DNA of 62,682 bases, the filler included, from Globobulimina sp. (lineage: Eukaryota): NCBI GenBank assembly GCA_003354225.1. It is 26 parts of 26 records of this genome, joined end to end, with 100 filler letters (N's around TTAATTAATTAA, not from the genome) between each part and the next. Parts side by side here need not be neighbours in the genome. Positions count along the whole stretch, not along the records: positions 48,303 to 50,616 come from PIVH01007454.1; positions 50,717 to 53,030 come from PIVH01007455.1; positions 53,131 to 55,443 come from PIVH01007456.1; positions 55,544 to 57,856 come from PIVH01007457.1; positions 57,957 to 60,269 come from PIVH01007458.1; positions 60,370 to 62,682 come from PIVH01007459.1; 20 more parts are not named here. The stretch is one strand, 5' to 3'. Below the pieces are notes generated by a model that saw only the letters and a program-made list of their open reading frames with translations, was not told where the DNA came from and made no database searches. Made by a program: the position numbers and the translations under genes. This document shows, piece after piece, positions 49,855 through 61,787 of this stretch; the first letter of the stretch is position 1; each line of letters starts with the position of its first letter.

Positions 49855-51300
49855 ACATAAAAATATATCGTTTGTTACATGTTTTTATTGTTTTTTTTCA
49901 AGTATCGAAGAATAGTATCTCCATAATTCACTATTAATTGTACAACCTTATATTGCTGGAAAATATCAACAATATTAACACATTTCTCATTTGCCAATAA
50001 TCCAACAATACCAATATAAGATTTCAGCACATTAATGGCCAACGGTTCCTTCTTAAACGCGCCTTTCCATAATATCGAACTCTCTGCGGTCGAAACCTTT
50101 GTCCATCACGCTCAGAAAATCCGTTCCTACGATTTGAATGAATTCGAAGAGATTATTTTTCAGATTATTATTATGCAGTTTTCACTCTGTTTTGTGCGCA
50201 TTTCTTGAACAAGTAAACAACGAGAAAAGTGACTGAATGGTATCTGTATTTCTTAAATAAATCAGGGTGGAGGTTCAATAAATAATGGTATTATCATTAC
50301 CAACCAACACAAAACAATGCTACAAAATGCTACAAAATGTTTTTTCTTTTATTAATGCAACATCTGAAACATTTCTCAGTTCCAAAAGACTGAATCTTTT
50401 CCAATCAGATCGAATGTTTTTTAATTTTGTAATTAACTCAGACATGAATTCTGCATCAACGCCATATTGCAATATTGCAAATTCTGTAACATGTAAATGC
50501 CAAATTAACTCCTTATGATAAAATATAGTGCCCAGCGATGTTATCAATCCATCACAATTTGCTGTGTTGTCATGTTGATAATTGTAATAAGAAAGTTCAA
50601 CAACAAAATATATCCANNNNNNNNNNNNNNNNNNNNNNNNNNNNNNNNNNNNNNNNNNNNTTAATTAATTAANNNNNNNNNNNNNNNNNNNNNNNNNNNN
50701 NNNNNNNNNNNNNNNNTATATGTATGATCACATGCACTTGAGTTATCCATATGAATTTGATCATACATTGACTTGTACATAGTTGCAAGTTATGACTATA
50801 ATTTGGTGGAAAAGTTCCTCCATACTTTATAGTCATAAAAAAATCATAATAATATGATTCTGCGTCTTATAGCAGTTATGCCTGTAATTGTATGTTATGT
50901 TGTGTTTATTCGTGTTGTTTTTCATTGTAACTAAAAAAAAACAGTCGTTATCTGCATTAGAAATTGCTTATGAACATATTAAGAAGAAACATGAATTAAC
51001 TCAAGATTCAATAACAAGGCAATATGAAGGAGAAATATCTGAGTTGATACAAGTAAATGAGTCATTTGTTTGATTTGTGTGTATCCCAAGGAATATAAAT
51101 AAAAGATTGCCAATTGTATGGCGCAACAGTCATGATACAGCAAATTATACATTGATGGTTTGCTCTCTGCGCATTTGGAGGAGACTAAACAGGCATTGTC
51201 TTCATTGCAGATTGAATATGAAAATACAAAGCGACATCAAACAAATATTTCTAAATTGAGGAAAATTAATGTTGCGTTATGTTTTTCTGTCATACAATAT

Positions 51301-53030
51301 GTATACAATAAAAAATAAGCAACAAAAACAGGATGATATTCACAATGAATCGCAGCAAAAATTAGTAAAAGCACAACAACAAATCGTTGAATTAAAGAGT
51401 GACATAAATGCAGTTGAAATTGCATACGAATTAAATACAGATTCCATCACAAAACAATATGAAAAAGAAATATCTGAATTGACAAAAATGAATGATTCAA
51501 TATCTGATCAGAATGCTATTCACAATGAAACGGAGCAAAAATTAGTAAAAACACAGCAAAAAACTGTCGAATTACAACAGTCATTATTTGCATTACAAAT
51601 TGCATACGAAAATATGAACAAAGCGCATGAATTAAATACAGATTCCATGGCTAACCAATATGAAACAGACATATCTGACTTAACAAAAGTGAACGAGTCA
51701 ATATCTGCACAATTAAAGGACACTGAACACTCAATATCTTCATTGCAAATCGAATATGAAAATGCAAAACAAAAACATGAATATGAAATATGTAAATTGA
51801 GAACAATGAACGTTTCGTTATCGGATGAAATCATTCATTTAATGAAGGAATCAGCCGTGGAACAAACAAATGAGACAGAGGTCAAAGTGGATGATTGTTG
51901 GTTATTTGGTGATGTCTCAAGAAATAAATATATGGACTCAATTGTGCTGACTTCTGAACAGCAACAGTTAGTAACGCATATTGGAGGATATTTAAATCGT
52001 ATTATTCCGACTTCTGATGATTTACAACCAATCTCATTGCAAAAACTATATGTTCCAATGGATGAAAAGGATGCAAAATATGTGCTTCATACTTGTTTTG
52101 ATGGCGTACTCTTTGCCACATTAATTAATTTGATGCAGAATGATTTTTTAGAATTGCGCGCATTGAATATGCCACATCATAACGAGGAGAAAATGAATAT
52201 TAATGTTCTAACTAATGAGCAAATTAAGGAGAATATATCAATAATATTAAGCAGTGTTCGTGCATTGGATATTTGTCAATTTCCAGCAGGCACTAATCCA
52301 TTAAATGATTATTTTGATAGTACGCCATGTCGTTATTTAATGGGTATTTAAATAATCGGATAAACATTAAAAGCTATCCTGAGTTGATTCGTTTTTGTCA
52401 GAATGAGAATGAAAAGCAGGACTTTAATACAAAACTTTTATGGTTACTATTTGTCAAAGAACCAAAATTAAAGCATCAGCGATCCAAATCCATTGATTTA
52501 AGCCATTCTGAACAAGAAATACTAAATGATCCGGCGGCTGCTGTTGAGCTTGAAGATGAAACAGCATTTTTAGACTACGAAGACGAGGAAAATGATACAA
52601 AAACATCATTTTTAGACTATAACAAATATGAATCAATCAGAGATTATCATGATGACATTGTTCTGGTTTGTTCCAAATTGGATACAACATTTGATATTAA
52701 ATCAGTAAATGAGTTTATTGACAGCAATGAGCTTATTGAGATTAATAATAACTTTAAAGGCTACCAATTGATTATGAAATGTATTAAAAACAAGATTGGA
52801 ATACAAAATACATTGAACATTACGATTAATGATATTCGAAATCATAATTATTTATTGCAACAAGTGTTATTATCGGAGATATTTATGATTAATAACCTCA
52901 TTAAAAAAATATCTTTGAGCGAGAAAAAAAATATAAATAACTTAATTAAATCCAAATCAAAATATGATAAATCGATGATAGCTTGGATTAATTCGTTTGG
53001 ATGGAAGCAAAAGTTGTATGTAAATAACTT
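51301..53030 (+). CDS. Coiled-coil-repeat plus fimbrin/plastin-like calponin-homology protein; frameshift at ~52330-52350; start uncertain; 3' truncated
   Basis: YVPMD...CFDGVLFATLINLM...LRALN...IKENISIILSS matches fimbrin CH1. RINIKSYPELIRF and MIAWINSFG...YVNN match later fimbrin segments in the next frame. Confidence 0.65.
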
Positions 53031-53130
53031 NNNNNNNNNNNNNNNNNNNNNNNNNNNNNNNNNNNNNNNNNNNNTTAATTAATTAANNNNNNNNNNNNNN
53101 NNNNNNNNNNNNNNNNNNNNNNNNNNNNNN

Positions 53131-53579
53131 ATTGACCCGCTTGAATATGCAAGCAACGCCTGATCACCACCTACATCAGAGGTATTTATAGTTGTCCACG
53201 CTCCGGGAACCGCATCACCATTTTTGTAAAATTTATACTCACATGTAAAGACCGGCTCGTCGGCTGAACTCTGTATATAATGGATATGAAGAGTTATGTC
53301 AGAATCCATTTTTTTTCTATGATCCATCTGTGCTGATATATATACTATTTCTGTAGCATCATTTTGAGGAAACAATAGCCCTATATTTGTATAATCAAAA
53401 TCTGGCTTTGACAAAGCCCCCTGCCTGGTGGCTGTCGCAGGTGCTGAAAAATCTGTCCATGTTGTGGCATCACCATGTAATATTTTTGTCCCGTCTGATT
53501 CTATCTCAAAATAATTACCGGCACCAATTGAGCCGACTTTTAATTTAATACCTGTTACAAGGCTTGACCATACACTCAT
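53131..53579 (-). CDS. Phage hypothetical (probable virion-associated) protein, 3' truncated
   Basis: Start abuts the upstream stop (TAAATG). YFEIESDGTKILHGDATTWTD...LHIHY is beta-rich. Confidence 0.65.
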
Positions 53580-53924
53580 TTATTGCACCCTCACAAGCAA
53601 TTGTGTTGTTCCTGACACATTGACCTGCCTAATGGCCGAAACAGGCTTACAGGCGTCTTCTGTGGTCTCTGTGACGACTCCAAGAGGCCAGTCTACAGCG
53701 GTAGGCGTTCCTGTTAATATTGTATCGTTGGTATCGTTGGTTATTTGTATTTTTCCCGATCCGGTAGTGACTTTCAGTGTAACTGAAATATTATTTATTC
53801 CTGAAGGTATGCGCACCCATGCGCCATCAGCAGCACCGCCTGTGATTGTTTCATCAAATTCGAATGAAAACTCACCCTGTCCGGGGTCTGACAGTTCAGA
53901 GACGCGCGTCATATTTGTACTCAT
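53580..53924 (-). CDS. Phage hypothetical protein
   Basis: 114-aa Thr/Gly/Val-rich ORF with AAGGG upstream of the ATG. Confidence 0.65.
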   Translation of the reverse strand: MSTNMTRVSELSDPGQGEFSFEFDETITGGAADGAWVRIPSGINNISVTLKVTTGSGKIQITNDTNDTILTGTPTAVDWPLGVVTETTEDACKPVSAIRQVNVSGTTQLLVRVQ

Positions 53925-53984
53925 ATTATTTATACCCTTTATTTTAATTATGACTAAAATACTACAATAACAGCTTTATGTCAA

Positions 53985-54353
53985 TTACTTTTCAATGTAG
54001 TGTTTGTGGTTATTTATACGATCGAGAAATATGCATATGTGACCCGCCTGTCCTTTTTTACCGGGAATTTTAATACAATTTAATTCCAGCACATTTTTAT
54101 CATCATCGATGATACCGGAGTCTTGCATAGCATCGAGGATGGGCTTTATAGGGTTATCGATATCCACATATCCCTTAAAGAGTATTGTCACTTTATACGG
54201 TGGGTCAATAGATATACTTATGAGATTTGACTGTATAAGTTTTTTGAAATTTCTGTATTGATCGGAAAGGTAAAAACGACCTGTTGACTTGCTGACACCA
54301 TATTTATTATTTATACTGGCTATCTTTATGTTTTGCAGATCAAGAATAATCAT
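53985..54353 (-). CDS. rusA: RusA-family Holliday junction resolvase
   Basis: SINNKY...DIDNPIKPILDAMQDSGIIDDDKNV (D.DN..K...DA.....I..DD..V); AAGGA upstream. Confidence 0.9.
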   Translation of the reverse strand: MIILDLQNIKIASINNKYGVSKSTGRFYLSDQYRNFKKLIQSNLISISIDPPYKVTILFKGYVDIDNPIKPILDAMQDSGIIDDDKNVLELNCIKIPGKKGQAGHICIFLDRINNHKHYIEK

Positions 54354-54521
54354 AGCGTATCCTTAGCTTTTATTTGAATATACAAATTTTTACACTATAC
54401 AGAGTACTATATATAGTATATATAATAATAAAAAAAAATAGTTATAAATAATATATAAACATATAAAAATAGACAAAAAGGTATTATTAACTACTTTTGT
54501 AGATAATAAATTAAGAAATTC

Positions 54522-54587
54522 AAGAAATTCATAACTTCAAGTACTGTTCTTCTTTTATAGACATGGCCTTGAAGTTATGAATTTCTT
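54522..54587. repeat. Perfect 20-bp inverted repeat with 26-nt spacer
   Basis: AAGAAATTCATAACTTCAAG (54522-54541) and CTTGAAGTTATGAATTTCTT (54568-54587). Confidence 0.92.
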
Positions 54588-54600
54588 AGCCCCATACGCA

Positions 54601-54630
54601 GGAAAGCCCCCCATTTCTGGGAGGCTTTTA
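54601..54630 (-). terminator. Probable intrinsic terminator hairpin downstream of the DUF669 gene
   Basis: AAAGCCCCCCA-TTTC-TGGGAGGCTTT stem-loop with only short T-tracts. Confidence 0.5.
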
Positions 54631-54726
54631 ATTGCGGAGTGAGCTTTTTTAAGCGCACTTTTTAGTGGACTTAGTTGATACACGTCAAATAAGATCCACT
54701 ACCCTTACCTTTTTGTCAATCATTTT

Positions 54727-55179
54727 TTACAGCGCCTTGCCCTTTTTCCATTCTGGCTGTTCGTCGCCTGGCTGCTCAGATCCCTGAGCAGCTTCTTTTT
54801 TTCCCGTGTATACCTTGTGTTTGAAATTATTATTGTCTTTATTTATGCTGACAATAAGATTAACAGGTATCCCGTGCATCCGTGCGGTGTTGTCTGCTCC
54901 GACGGTGTCAGTGGCAACTTGTAGCGCTCCCAGTGCCCTCTCTCCCTGCGACCTGACACTTGGCTTGTCATGAATATAATTTATCCACTCACTTACATGG
55001 GAGCCTTTTTGCGGACCCTCTAATATCTGCCACTTAAGATACACATACCGACCGGTACCCGACTTATTTGCGGATTCATTTGATTCTACTATCACTGCGA
55101 CATATGTGCCGGCAGGGAAGACGTCAAATTGGTCTTCGTTGATATTCGTTGGGTCTGCCTGAAAATTTAATTGAGCCAT
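54727..55179 (-). CDS. DUF669-family phage ssDNA-binding-like protein
   Basis: FDVFPAGTYVAVIVES...KSGTGRYVYLKWQILEGP.KG; C-terminal PEWKK; SD GAGGTG upstream. Confidence 0.85.
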   Translation of the reverse strand: MAQLNFQADPTNINEDQFDVFPAGTYVAVIVESNESANKSGTGRYVYLKWQILEGPQKGSHVSEWINYIHDKPSVRSQGERALGALQVATDTVGADNTARMHGIPVNLIVSINKDNNNFKHKVYTGKKEAAQGSEQPGDEQPEWKKGKAL

Positions 55180-55180
55180 A

Positions 55181-55443
55181 TTACTTCACCTCACTTTTTT
55201 TAGTCGTTTTTTTAGTAGCGTTCTCATTCTCTGTCAATAGCCATTCCATGACACCGGAGCAATCGGAAAGTCCGATATTGCCAGTGTCCTGGAATCCGTA
55301 TGAATTACCGGAAATCATTGACGGCTTTGAGCCTTCAAGAAAAAGTTTCCTTACATTGTTGGATATTGCCTTTGCTTTTTTACCGGTTCCTTCGCTATCA
55401 ACCTGTACAAAAATCTCTTTGTCATAATCGGCGATAATGTCGG
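55181..55443 (-). CDS. Phage AAA_24/Sak4-like NTPase, C-terminal fragment
   Basis: Frame from 55441: DIIADYDKEIFVQ...GKKAKAI...RKLFLE..KPSMISGNSYGF, stop at 55181, directly upstream of DUF669. Not listed in the ORF track. Confidence 0.65.
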
Positions 55444-55543
55444 NNNNNNNNNNNNNNNNNNNNNNNNNNNNNNNNNNNNNNNNNNNNTTAATTAATTAAN
55501 NNNNNNNNNNNNNNNNNNNNNNNNNNNNNNNNNNNNNNNNNNN

Positions 55544-56266
55544 CAACGTCCTGCGATGATGTTGTGCAGGAATCAAATGCGGAATCGACATAAGAATATG
55601 TATGCAAAGTTGATGTTGATATTGGCGCTGTTCCCGTATGCTAACAACTTTGCAACTTTATTTGCAGTGTTTTGTTATGGACTATGTTTAGGCGAAAGCA
55701 TTGAACATTTGGTGGACTCAGAATCGCAATTCAGGATTTATCAAAATTATAGAAGAAATTTGCTGGCAGCCATGCAATATCCATCTGAGGTCATTGATAA
55801 AATGAGAATGATAATTAACAAACAATATGATCATAAACCAATTGCGAGATTGATTCCTTTATTGTTGCATATTACGAGTATTATATTGACGTATTCGTTG
55901 ATTGGAACCCCCGAAAGGTTGCAGATTCAGGCGGTTCGAGCGTATAAATCAAGGAAGTTTTTGAGTGTTATGGGAATGAGTACGTTTATGTTAGGATTGA
56001 TTGGACATTTAGGAAATTCAAGCTATATTACATCGGGTTATTATTATCATTTTCCAAAAACATATAGTTTTAAAGATTATAACAATGATATAAAAAACCA
56101 GACGATTGAATACCATCCGCCACCAAGGGATTTATTTGAATGTTTTAGTTTTGGATTGATAGTTTATGAGGAATTTTTGTGGAAATTATATGACAAATTC
56201 TTGCTGATATCCAATGTTATACATCATAGTATCAACCAAATAACCACACGATTTGACCCATCTTAA
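55544..56266 (+). CDS. Membrane protein, C-terminal part
   Basis: Long ORF near the contig start with several hydrophobic segments. Confidence 0.5.
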   Translation, partial: QRPAMMLCRNQMRNRHKNMYAKLMLILALFPYANNFATLFAVFCYGLCLGESIEHLVDSESQFRIYQNYRRNLLAAMQYPSEVIDKMRMIINKQYDHKPIARLIPLLLHITSIILTYSLIGTPERLQIQAVRAYKSRKFLSVMGMSTFMLGLIGHLGNSSYITSGYYYHFPKTYSFKDYNNDIKNQTIEYHPPPRDLFECFSFGLIVYEEFLWKLYDKFLLISNVIHHSINQITTRFDPS

Positions 56267-56421
56267 ACTCGAAAAAAAAATAAATTTTAGTTTTCTTGTG
56301 CATCTGAAATAAATTTAATCTTTGATGGTCCGATAATCCGATATATATATTTCTGACAGATTTGTAGACAGTTTCTGGCCAAAAAGATTTATTTAAATCT
56401 AAAAGCATTTATCATTTGAAA

Positions 56422-57551
56422 ATGAGTCGTTTCTTCCGTGCCATCAGACCGTTCATTAGAACCATTGGTAATGTATCAGCACCATTATGCGTCTCATTTG
56501 GCGTGGCATCAACTGTCCCCACAAGTAATGACGCACCAGCTTATGTTCAAGATGTATTTAAACAATTCAATCATACATATATCCAAAAAACGACAGACGA
56601 TAAGCATCTAAAAGACACAATTAAAGTGCAATGCACCGAACCAGATGAAAAACAGCAATCTGAATCTGCGCCGCAACCAGAACCTGACGCAGAACCAACA
56701 GAATTAATAACACCAACTGCAGCATTAGAAAAAACAAAACCAATATCAACATCCAATTCAAATCAATATCTCTCCCGCTTTATTGACCATACTGTATTAA
56801 AACCAAAAAGCACACAACAAGATATACGTAAAATGTGTGCCGAAGCAATGGAATATGATTTTTACTCAGTATGTTGTAATCCGTGTTGGGTGAGTTTATG
56901 CAAAGGATTATTAAGCGACAGCAATGTGAAAATATGCTGTGTTGTTGGACTCCCATTAGGTTCAAACACGACACAAATTAAAGTGTTAGAGGCGCAAAAT
57001 GCTGTTCACGATGGAGCTGATGTTCAGTGATGATATCTGTATAATTTCTCGTTGTTTTACATAGATTCATACAAATATAACAGGAGATTGATATGGTGAT
57101 GAATATTGGCAATGCATTGTCTGGTAATTGGGATTTTGTCCATGATGATATAGCGATGGTTGTGCAATCAGTGCCGCATAATGTCGCAGTGAAAGTTATA
57201 TTGGAAACATGTTTGTTGGAGGATTCAGACATAATTGAAGCATGTGGTTGCGCAGTGAATGCGGGTGCTAAATTTGTAAAAACGTCAACAGGATTTGGAG
57301 GTGGTGGCGCAACGCTAAATCATGTTAGTTTGATGCGGCAATGTGTTGACGAAGAAGCTGTTAATTTAGGACTGGAGAGTGGCAGTGTTTTAGTGAAGGC
57401 AAGTGGCGGTATAAGGGATAGTATGACAGCGAAGGAGATGATAAAGGCTGGTGCGGATAGAATCGGTGCTTCGTCGGGAATCAAAATTATTGGAGTCATT
57501 GATGCGGGAATAAAAAAAGTATCTGGTGCAAAAAAACAAGAACAATATTGA
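56422..57551 (+). CDS. deoC: Deoxyribose-phosphate aldolase with long N-terminal extension; intron 57022-57083
   Basis: IDHTVLKP, VVGLPLG, GADEIDMVMNIG (spliced), KVILET, FVKTSTGF, VKASGGIR, AGADRIGASS. Confidence 0.95.
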
Positions 57552-57956
57552 TTCATTTAAATAATTACTCAGTTCCGTGAGTTCACATCCAAACAATTTT
57601 GTAAATGTATCAATACAAACATGCATGGTAGATGGGCATAAGTATTTTATATTGCATTTTTGATATTAATTTATTACCGTTTCTAATTTTATGATAAGTT
57701 TAGGACTTTGTTGGTCAGTAACTCAGCCTTTGCATGTACAAAGTTATCAAAAAAGTTGAATTTTGGCGTAATATGAAACGACACTAAATTCGCATGCAAA
57801 TATATAATGGTTTCTTTGATTTATTTTAAAATTACAAGAGTTATTTATGCTGATTTNNNNNNNNNNNNNNNNNNNNNNNNNNNNNNNNNNNNNNNNNNNN
57901 TTAATTAATTAANNNNNNNNNNNNNNNNNNNNNNNNNNNNNNNNNNNNNNNNNNNN

Positions 57957-58522
57957 GAATAGGTGTCTACATGTAAGGGGATCACATTATAAATATTCCG
58001 ATCATTAAAATCAGTCTCGCTACATTTCAATGCAGACAATAAGTCATGTTTGCCACGATTCCATCCGAAATAATCGTCACCTTTAATAATTATTGGTGCT
58101 TGATGTCGAATTACATTTTGATGAATAACTGCTTTCCAATTAAAACATGGCGGATGGTTTGCTGGTGCACATATTCTCTGTTTGCAAATGTAGAATATTT
58201 TCATATTCATATCACTTAATTCTTTCATCTTTTTAATATTGACAAATTCATCATTGATGCTTATAATCATCCAATGCATTTTATCTTCATGGGATTTTAA
58301 TTTTGATTTTATGATAAAATAATGTGATGATTGAGGTGAATTTGATTGGTGTTGGAATAATAATTGTATATTATTGTTATACAATGTGATATTACCTGGT
58401 TTTGTTAAAGGCATTTCCTTGTAGTATCCATTTGCACCATTTATCTCACCACCAAACAGATAAATGCTATCTTTTTCAATTTTAATACCATCAATGCCCA
58501 CTGGACTAGCTTTATGCTTCAT
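57957..58522 (-). CDS. Hypothetical protein, 3' truncated
   Basis: ATG-initiated ORF of ~188 codons running to the contig edge. Confidence 0.45.
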
Positions 58523-58746
58523 TATGTTTAATAAACGCTGAAGCTAGAAAAAAAACACTCTTTATTCATCTCAAATTACATGTCAACCCTTGTAGTATCA
58601 AATCAACAACAAATATATAATATAGTCTCTTTTTTGTGACAGCTGTTCTTGAACGTAGCAACAGAAAAAAAAAGATAATTACGCAGAAATTTCTGTCATA
58701 TTTATCTCCGATAAACTAATCCATATTAACTATACATAACAACCTC

Positions 58747-60269
58747 ATGAACCAACAAACAATCACCGCATTCCATACCTTTAACTCCGACTTATCAAAT
58801 GCAGTCAACACATTACACGAAGCCTTACAACAAACAAACGCATTCAATTCAATTGCAATGTACGTAGATCAATTCAACGACATCATCAAATTTCAAGAGA
58901 AAGCAAAAGCATTTACCTGTTTCTTACAAGAACAGAACGAATATCATAACTTAAAATATTCCCAGTTCAAATCCAAAATGAATTCGAACCCCAACACAAA
59001 ACCAGCATCCTCTCAAATCTCCATCCAATCCACACCACAATCACTCAACGATTGGAGTTTCACCGCAAACGATCGTGTCTCCACTTCCTCTACGCCAGAG
59101 TACCAACGTTGGCGTGGCTACGATCCACAGCCCAGCTGCAGCGCCTATAATGACTATCTCTTCAACAATGCAGAAATTGAACGCATTCCGTTCAAAGTGA
59201 TTGACACCGACAACGATAGCGATTGCACCTCGGAAGCACAGTTTGTGCCTAGTTTACCGCCATCGATCAAAGAGGAACATAAAGAAACGCATAATTATGA
59301 TGTATGTGATGGTGCAGAAGACGATGAAAAATGGGATTTATACCCTTTGATAAAGACACATGCATTTACTGGTTTTTTTGCCGCCGCACCGACTGCACCG
59401 CTCGAATTCAAAAACGATAAAGTATTAAAACCACCACCTTCCAAATGGCAAGAACGTGAGGAACAAAATAGAGAAATTATGAATATAATGGCCATGGAAC
59501 GTGAGGAACAAAACCAATCCGATGCTTCAGCACAACCACTATATGGTAGTAATGAAGAAGCAATTGCAGAATATGTAGAAAGTGAAGAAATTGCAAATGG
59601 AGTTTGTGCAGATAACAATATTGCAGCGGCAGCAAATGGTGATAAAGCGACTGCCGCTGCGGATAGGAACATTCGTAGTATTATCGGGATGAAAAGAAGG
59701 CGGAGTATGCATGATATGGACGATAGCGCAGATGACAGCGGAGGCGGTTTAGTGTCGAAGAATGTATCTTTCATTAAAGGACAACAACCGCCCATTAGGT
59801 TTATAGAATATGAGGCACCGAAGCCGAGTATCTATAATAATATAGAAGAACATCCACATTTTCATCCATTAATTCATGGCGAAGAGGACGCAGAAGGCAA
59901 AAATGAAGAAGAAACTAAGCTGAATGATGATAATGTTAATGGTGAAGATATGGACAATCAAATAACTGAAGTTATAGACGCAACATCGCAACATGGCAAG
60001 AAAAGCAATTGCAAACTACACCAACATGCACGTGTAGATATGCGTGGATATGGCAATGTGAATGGGAACGAAGCACAAGAGATCAATAAAGGGATTGTTA
60101 CATTAAAGGATGCATTGGATAAACATTTTCATGTAAATCATAATGATTTGAAACAAATGACGAAGGCGATTTATTCATTGCGTCATAACAGATATAATAA
60201 TTATAATAGTAATACTAATGCAAATGCTAATATAAAGAGAAAAAAAAGAAGCGGTAACAATGGAGAAGC
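58747..60269 (+). CDS. Low-complexity acidic hypothetical protein, 3' truncated
   Basis: ORF of ~500 codons with no recognised motif. Confidence 0.55.
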
Positions 60270-60693
60270 NNNNNNNNNNNNNNNNNNNNNNNNNNNNNNN
60301 NNNNNNNNNNNNNTTAATTAATTAANNNNNNNNNNNNNNNNNNNNNNNNNNNNNNNNNNNNNNNNNNNNTTTTTTGATGAGTAGACAGTAGTAAGTCCGA
60401 TTCCAGACTCACAGATTGCTGGAACATTCTGTGAAATCTTGTATGGATCCATCACTGGATCCTCGTGATGAACTGAAGCATTTATATTTTGCATAATGTG
60501 CGGAATTAATATATTATAATATTTGATTGCATATTGTAGACTTGTTTGGGTGAGGATCATTTGTATGTCTATGATGTGCATGTTTTCTTTAAATAAGACA
60601 ATTATATTTGTGAATACAATAAGACAAAATGAAAGCACTCTGTTTTGTGTTCAGATCATATGAGAACTCATTAAATTCAACAAAAAACATATT

Positions 60694-61725
60694 TTATTCA
60701 TAAACTTTATAAACAATACAACCTGACTGACAAAGGGGGCATTTCTTATTAATAAACTCTTTGCATTTTTGGCATAAACACAAATGGCCGCATGGTATAC
60801 AAACATAAATTGGTTTATTGTCCATGCATACAATACATTCATCGCCGTCGCTTGAATTCTTTTTAATTGGCTCAAGTTCGGCATTTCTGCTTTGTAAATA
60901 ACCGATTAATCGCATAGCACATTCGTAATCTGCCTGTAAATTATGGTATTTATCCAATAATGATTTATATTTCGCAGCATTTTGGTTCTGTTGATAATTA
61001 TCATTCATTTTTAATTCACCATTTTTCTCTCTTTTATAAATTTTCGAAATAACAAAGATTTTACTGTTTACAGTCTTGATCATAAAAATATCACTAAAAT
61101 ATAACGCTAATTTCTTTAATTTTCCATTAAACTCCGATTTGATATCACATTCAAAATATTGTGCATAATATTGTGGCAATGCAGATAAATCAAACTGTTG
61201 TACATTTTTAGCAATGATTACCATTCGTTTTCTATGCGTTTCCATAGATTCATTATTTTTATTTTTGCTTAATACGTTATGTTGATTTAAAACAGAAACT
61301 TGTCCATTTTCGTTGTATATTTCAAAGACAGTGATTGATACTCGGATTGTTAACTTATTATAATTTTTTAGTGTTGATAATTGTATTGATTTTTCTTTCA
61401 AAATAATACAATCTGTGCTTTTGTTAATTCTTCGACGTTCCATTGATTTATTCATTTCAACCAATGATATTTTACATTTTACAGATAATAAAGAGATGTT
61501 TGGTAGTTTTGATATGAGATAAACGAAGAATGAAGCATCACCAATATGTTTTTGTGAACTTCCATATGGATAAAATTTAATTTTCCACTTTAATTGTCCG
61601 ATAGAAATATTCCGTCCGAAACATTGTTTGACTGTCGCATTTTGTATGTCATCCAAAGAAGGATCACTATTGGACGATATTACCCATTCTTTTGTCACAG
61701 AATATAAAGGTTTTGGTTGAGACAT
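60694..61725 (-). CDS. MATH-domain plus C-terminal RING-HC E3 ligase
   Basis: MATH-like IGQLKWKIKFYPYG...GDASFFVYL; RING CIVCMD...CIPCGHLCLCQKC...KCPLC. Confidence 0.85.
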   Translation of the reverse strand: MSQPKPLYSVTKEWVISSNSDPSLDDIQNATVKQCFGRNISIGQLKWKIKFYPYGSSQKHIGDASFFVYLISKLPNISLLSVKCKISLVEMNKSMERRRINKSTDCIILKEKSIQLSTLKNYNKLTIRVSITVFEIYNENGQVSVLNQHNVLSKNKNNESMETHRKRMVIIAKNVQQFDLSALPQYYAQYFECDIKSEFNGKLKKLALYFSDIFMIKTVNSKIFVISKIYKREKNGELKMNDNYQQNQNAAKYKSLLDKYHNLQADYECAMRLIGYLQSRNAELEPIKKNSSDGDECIVCMDNKPIYVCIPCGHLCLCQKCKEFINKKCPLCQSGCIVYKVYE

Positions 61726-61787
61726 ATCTGTGAGAAACTTTTCGATGACAAAGAACTTATAATTTGGTGCACTAACTTAAATACTCC

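Larger units (their letters stand above)
53131..55443 (-). mobile_element. Bacteriophage genome fragment (whole contig)
   Basis: Intronless, tightly packed co-oriented genes with SD-like motifs; gene order AAA - DUF669 - RusA - two hypothetical genes. Confidence 0.85.

Noticed and set aside
2317-60369. Regularly spaced TTAATTAATTAA motif as a biological repeat or CRISPR-like array
   Set aside because: Always embedded in 44+44 N with length-sorted contigs between; it is a concatenation spacer. ORF ends reading XXX..LIN/N are artefacts.
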